Origin: Candidatus Heimdallarchaeum endolithica
Lineage (GTDB): Archaea > Asgardarchaeota > Heimdallarchaeia > Heimdallarchaeales > Heimdallarchaeaceae
Length of the DNA stretch: 64,000 nt
Reading direction: 5' to 3'
NCBI GenBank assembly: GCA_021513715.1
Contig: CP084167.1
Location: 2,272,001 to 2,336,000, forward strand
The position numbers and the translations under genes are program-made. Below the pieces are notes generated by a model. It was not told where the DNA came from and did not search any database. It saw nothing but the letters and a program-made list of their open reading frames with translations. Positions within the stretch are counted from its first letter, which is position 1. Each line of letters starts with the position of its first letter. Positions 59,708 to 64,000 of the stretch are shown here, in pieces.

Positions 59708-61156
59708 TTAAAAAAAATCTGTATAAAGTTTTTCCAATTTTACTACAAAATCAGATCCACTAGGATAATTATCTTGAAGAAAAATTTCTGCTCCAAAAGT
59801 ATCTAAAGTTATTTTTATGAGGAAAAGATTCATTCCCCCCTTACCTAATCTTTTTTTATAATCTCTATGAAAAATTTCTTTTTTTTCTTTATTTGGTATT
59901 CCAATTCCATTATCTTTTATATGAACAAAAACATGATTTTCTTTTTCTTCAACTTCAATCCAAACTTTAGCATTCTCTCCTGCATGATGAATTGCGTTGC
60001 TTATTAATCCATAAAAAACAGAAAAAAGGAATTTATTAGCTTTTACAAAGATTTCTTTGTCTAAATCATTTACACTTACATTTTCAAAAGCTACTGCCGC
60101 AGCTTGTAAAACTTTTAAGCTTATTGGTTTAATCTTGTCATCAACTAAAAATCCTTCCACAGCTCCGATATTAAATATTTTCTCTCTCATTTTTTCTATT
60201 CTATCAGTTATCATCTCTTTAAATATAGAATCATTAGATTCGGAAAACATTTCCATAGCTGTTTCTATTACTGCAAGATCATTACGTAAATCTTGTTTTA
60301 TTACGTTTGTAAACGTGACAAGTTGTTTATTTACTCTATCAAGCTCCTCATAGAGTAAACGATATTGTTGTCTCTCTTGAATTATTGTAGAGACAGTTTT
60401 AAAATTTAGAATATTTTGTTTTGCTAACATGATTCCTATTAGAATTGTTCCTAAATATAAGAGATTGAAACCCCTGTAGATTTGCAAGTATATTTCTCTT
60501 TGGGAAATTAGATTCTTGAAAAAATAATAGTCACTTACTGTAAGCATCAAATATGAAAGAATCAAAAAACCCCAGTAATTTTGAGATCTTTTTGAATAAA
60601 TGGTGAAGAGAATTAGAAGAAGAATAAAAAAGATAAAATCAAAAACCAAGAAAACTAGTAAAATGTACAAATCAAATTTCATTAATTGATTATTAGACAT
60701 TATTTGGGTAAAATTATTTACGATTTGAACAAAAAAATCAAGGTATTGCACACTTAATAATAGACCAATAAAAATAGTCATTAATATTTGTTCATAAAGG
60801 TTCTTAAAATCACTTACAATTTGCTGAAAAATGATGAATAAAACAGGTATATAACTAATAAATAAAATAGAGTTTGCTAGAGAAAAAGAAATAGAATAAG
60901 CAAAGATTGAACTAATGATAAGAGAAACTTGAGAAAGAAAAACAAAAAGCATAGATACACCTAAAGCTTTAACAAAATTTCTTAGATTTTCATTATGTAC
61001 TCCTCTTGTAGAAAGACCGAGAATGCAAGCAGTACAGGAAATTATTAATGTTCCCAAAAACAAGATGTAGTTTCCAATATTTTCTTTAAAAATGGCGCTT
61101 AAACCAGCAATTGTAAAAAGCAGTAAACTTAGTATCGGTATGGTACGGCGTTTCAT
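59708..61156 (-). CDS. Membrane sensor histidine-kinase-like protein lacking the phosphoacceptor His
   Basis: About 7 TM; H-box reads IKQDLRNDL; N-box LISNAI, G1 DNGIGIP, C-terminal GSDFVV. Confidence 0.82.
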   Translation of the reverse strand: MKRRTIPILSLLLFTIAGLSAIFKENIGNYILFLGTLIISCTACILGLSTRGVHNENLRNFVKALGVSMLFVFLSQVSLIISSIFAYSISFSLANSILFISYIPVLFIIFQQIVSDFKNLYEQILMTIFIGLLLSVQYLDFFVQIVNNFTQIMSNNQLMKFDLYILLVFLVFDFIFFILLLILFTIYSKRSQNYWGFLILSYLMLTVSDYYFFKNLISQREIYLQIYRGFNLLYLGTILIGIMLAKQNILNFKTVSTIIQERQQYRLLYEELDRVNKQLVTFTNVIKQDLRNDLAVIETAMEMFSESNDSIFKEMITDRIEKMREKIFNIGAVEGFLVDDKIKPISLKVLQAAAVAFENVSVNDLDKEIFVKANKFLFSVFYGLISNAIHHAGENAKVWIEVEEKENHVFVHIKDNGIGIPNKEKKEIFHRDYKKRLGKGGMNLFLIKITLDTFGAEIFLQDNYPSGSDFVVKLEKLYTDFF

Positions 61157-61464
61157 CTAATCATTTTGTTTTTAATTTAGTTTTTAGTAGCTAAATAACT
61201 AAATAAAGTTACTGTTTTTAATTTTTGAAATTAAAACATTAATGTAAGTATAATTCTTGTAAGTTGAATAAATCTCGAAATATCAACCATTTTTTGAGTT
61301 TTATTATAAATTAACTTGTTAATTAGAATGATCTTTTTTTGAAAAAAGAATGACAGTTTTATACCAAAGTTTGGTCGAAAACTTATTAAGGACAATTTTT
61401 TTATCTGGAAAAGAAATAATTGTTTTTTAAAATAATTTAAATATTTATTTTACTATTGTAAATT

Positions 61465-61629
61465 ATGACTTTAGAAGCAATCGCTGTTCGTTTACCTGAA
61501 AAAATAGTTTCAAGATTAGACACATTAGTTTCTCAAAAAGGTTATACTTCTCGGGGGGAAGTGATACGAATTGCGCTTCGTTGTTACTATATTAACCACT
61601 TTTCCAAAAAAATGAAAAATGAATTGTAA
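61465..61629 (+). CDS. Small RHH regulator, CdrS/CopG-like (54 aa, not in the ORF track)
   Basis: MTLEAIAVRLPEKIVSRLDTLVSQKGYTSRGEVIRIALRCYYINHFSKKMKNEL; paralog of 39244-39459. Confidence 0.82.
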   Translation: MTLEAIAVRLPEKIVSRLDTLVSQKGYTSRGEVIRIALRCYYINHFSKKMKNEL

Positions 61630-61663
61630 TTTAAACATTAAATTCTACTTTTTATTTATATGT

Positions 61664-62917
61664 TTATTTTGAACCCAAAAACTTTCCATTTTCTCCTAAT
61701 TGTTCTTCTATTCTCAGGAGTTGGTTATATTTTGCTGTTCGTTCTCCTCTCGCTGGAGCACCAGTTTTTATCCTTTCTGCGCGAATAGCAACTGATAAAT
61801 CAGCAATAAAAGTATCTTCTGTTTCTCCTGATCTGTGGCTTATATTAATTCCCCAACCATCGCTTTTAGCTAACTCTGCAGCTTGAATTGCTTCTGTTAA
61901 AGAACCAATTTGATTAACTTTTAATAATAGATAGTTAGCGGCTTTTTCTTTAATTGCTATTCTGATACGTTCGGGATTTGTGACAGTTAAATCATCAGCA
62001 ACTATTGATATTGAAGGATGTTTTTTCAAAAGTTCAGCAAAAGATGTAAAATCATTCTCATCAAAGGGGTCTTCTAACGATATAAGCGGGTATTTGGTAA
62101 TTAGGTCGTTATAGTAGTCAATCAGTTCATCACTTGTGATCTTCTTTCCATCAATTTCATATAACCCATTTTCATAAAACTCTGAAGCTGCTGCATCGAG
62201 ACCTAATGAGATTTCATTTTTTGGTTCATATCCAGACTCTTCAATAGCTTTAATTAGCATATCAATAGCTTCTGGTGCAGTATCAACAGGACTTCCAAAA
62301 CCTCCTTCGTCTCCTAAATTTATTGCCGAAGGACCAAATTTTTTCAAATTCTTTTTTAGCGTTTGATATACTTCACAAGATGAGCGAAGAGCTTCTCGGA
62401 AACTTTTGAAACCATGAGGAATAAGCATGAATTCTTGTATTTTTAGATTTCCTCCTGCATGTTTTCCTCCATTAATTACATTCAACATCGGAACAGGTAA
62501 AGTGAATGCTTCACTGTTTAATGACTTATAAAGAGGTAATTTTTTACTATTTGCTGCTGCCACAGCAACAGCTAGTGACACCCCCAAAATAGCATTTGCA
62601 CCTAGTTTTGATTTGTTTGGTGTGCCATCAAGTTCTAACATTAGTTTATCTATTTTTTCTTGTTCTGTGACTTCATAACTGATGATTTTTGGAGTAATGA
62701 TCTCTCTAATGTTATTTATGGCTTTTAAAACTCCTTTTCCATGAAAACGGGAATCTTTATCTCTTAGCTCAAGAGCTTCATGTTCTCCAGTAGATGCGCC
62801 AGATGGCACTTTAGCTCTTCCAAAAGCTCCGTTATCGCAATATATATCTACTTCAATAGTAGGGTTTCCGCGGGAATCAATTATTTCTCTAGCAATAACT
62901 CTTTTAATTTTTGACAT
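61664..62917 (-). CDS. eno: Enolase
   Basis: DSRGNPT, PSGASTG, GDEGG, KVNQIG, SHRSGETED, RTAKYNQL. ATG at 62917 chosen as start. Confidence 0.97.
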   Translation of the reverse strand: MSKIKRVIAREIIDSRGNPTIEVDIYCDNGAFGRAKVPSGASTGEHEALELRDKDSRFHGKGVLKAINNIREIITPKIISYEVTEQEKIDKLMLELDGTPNKSKLGANAILGVSLAVAVAAANSKKLPLYKSLNSEAFTLPVPMLNVINGGKHAGGNLKIQEFMLIPHGFKSFREALRSSCEVYQTLKKNLKKFGPSAINLGDEGGFGSPVDTAPEAIDMLIKAIEESGYEPKNEISLGLDAAASEFYENGLYEIDGKKITSDELIDYYNDLITKYPLISLEDPFDENDFTSFAELLKKHPSISIVADDLTVTNPERIRIAIKEKAANYLLLKVNQIGSLTEAIQAAELAKSDGWGINISHRSGETEDTFIADLSVAIRAERIKTGAPARGERTAKYNQLLRIEEQLGENGKFLGSK

Positions 62918-63008
62918 GATTAAACTTGTTTTATCAAAAATTAAAGTCTTTTGTTTTATTTCCTTTTTAGTCAAACAGTTTAATAATGTTTAATATATTT
63001 TAGAGCCA

Positions 63009-64000
63009 ATGAACTTTAGGAAAAATCTTAAGTTAAGTGACATTGGGGAAAAAGAGTTCTTAAAAAAAATCTTTGCAAATATCGATACTCCTTCTGTGCT
63101 TGGGGTAAATGATGACGCTTCAGCTTTTTCTATCTCTGAAAATAGCGTGTTGTTAATAAACGCAGATATGCTTGTATCTGAAACAGACATATTACCTGGT
63201 ACTTCTCTAAAACAAATAGGAAAAAAAGCAGTAACTATGTCAGTTAGTGATATTATTGCTAAAGGTACTTTTCCTCTTGGGTGCCTTGCTAGTATTTGCT
63301 TTCCTCCTTCACTAGAAGTAAACGATGCACAAGAAATATTAGTTGGAATTAAAGAGATGACTAGAGAGTATAATTCCTTTTTTTTGGGTGGGGACTTAAA
63401 TCAAAGTACTGATATTATAATAGATATAATTTCATTTGGTATAACTCAACCTGATAGAGTTATATCGAGAAAAGGAGTAAATCCTGGAGATATTTTGTTT
63501 GCTACAGGTACATTTGGATGGACAGCATTAGGATTTAAGTTGCTTCTAGAAAATCTGTATGTTGAAGGAGAATATAAAATTAAGTCATTAAAATCTGTTT
63601 ATGAACCAAGGGCAAAATTAGAGTATGTAAAATTATTTGAAGCTCTTCCAATTAAAGCCAGTATTGATTCATCTGATGGATTATACTCCTCAATTCATGA
63701 GTTGCTATCTGTTAACAATTTGGGATTTTCATTGACTCATCTTCCAGTGGACGAAAGTTTTGTTTCTTATTGCAAGAAAGAGGGACTTAATCCGTTGGAA
63801 CTTGCAATGAATGGAGGAGAAGAATTTGAGATATTATTTGCTATTGACAAGAAAGAAAAAAATAATTTATTGAAAGAGGCCAAAAAAATGAATTTAACAA
63901 TAATAGAAATTGGTTATTTCACTTCAAACTCATTAGAACTAAATATAGAAGATGAAATAGGAGAAGTCTATTCATTTAACAAAAAAGGTTTTGTCCATTT
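63009..64000 (+). CDS. thiL: Thiamine-monophosphate kinase (3' end at the window edge)
   Basis: GEKEFL, DDA, DMLV, SDI.AKG, GGD, IDSSDGL, GGEEFE, GFVH at the window end. Confidence 0.9.
   Translation, partial: MNFRKNLKLSDIGEKEFLKKIFANIDTPSVLGVNDDASAFSISENSVLLINADMLVSETDILPGTSLKQIGKKAVTMSVSDIIAKGTFPLGCLASICFPPSLEVNDAQEILVGIKEMTREYNSFFLGGDLNQSTDIIIDIISFGITQPDRVISRKGVNPGDILFATGTFGWTALGFKLLLENLYVEGEYKIKSLKSVYEPRAKLEYVKLFEALPIKASIDSSDGLYSSIHELLSVNNLGFSLTHLPVDESFVSYCKKEGLNPLELAMNGGEEFEILFAIDKKEKNNLLKEAKKMNLTIIEIGYFTSNSLELNIEDEIGEVYSFNKKGFVH

Noticed and set aside
1-64000. CRISPR arrays, rRNA, DGR/retron, and the many short overlapping ORFs in the track
   Set aside because: No regularly spaced repeats, rRNA-like tracts or reverse transcriptase seen; the short ORFs overlap well-supported genes and lack motifs

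Overview
AT-rich archaeal chromosome segment. It is most likely from an Asgard archaeon of Heimdallarchaeia type; this is inferred from archaeal core genes (tfb, cdc6, rfcS, fttA/aCPSF1, egsA, trm112) occurring together with eukaryotic-signature proteins (Rab-like GTPase, ribophorin-I-like protein, WD40 and HEAT proteins) and bacterial-type mutL/mutS and metK. The window has about 55 CDS, one intron-containing tRNA-Trp, one intact ~1 kb IS5-like element with 15-bp TIRs, and a small decayed accessory patch (~21.9-25 kb). I saw no CRISPR array, rRNA or integrase. Most notable observations: (1) a sharp purine/pyrimidine skew inversion centred on the tRNA-Trp, independent of gene orientation and strong enough to distort protein composition, with a miniature copy of the pattern inside the IS; (2) a cytoplasmic 613-aa protein whose N-terminus aligns by eye with the adaptin mu-homology domain; (3) a class-II glutamine amidotransferase gene whose middle segment lies inverted next to the rest; (4) two CdrS-like RHH paralogs, one missing from the ORF track, sharing a 14-bp upstream motif; (5) structured leader candidates upstream of deoC and slyD; (6) apparent pseudo-enzymes (a histidine kinase with His replaced by Gln, and a degenerate HisC-like protein). 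All assignments come from motif recognition by eye; no searches were run.
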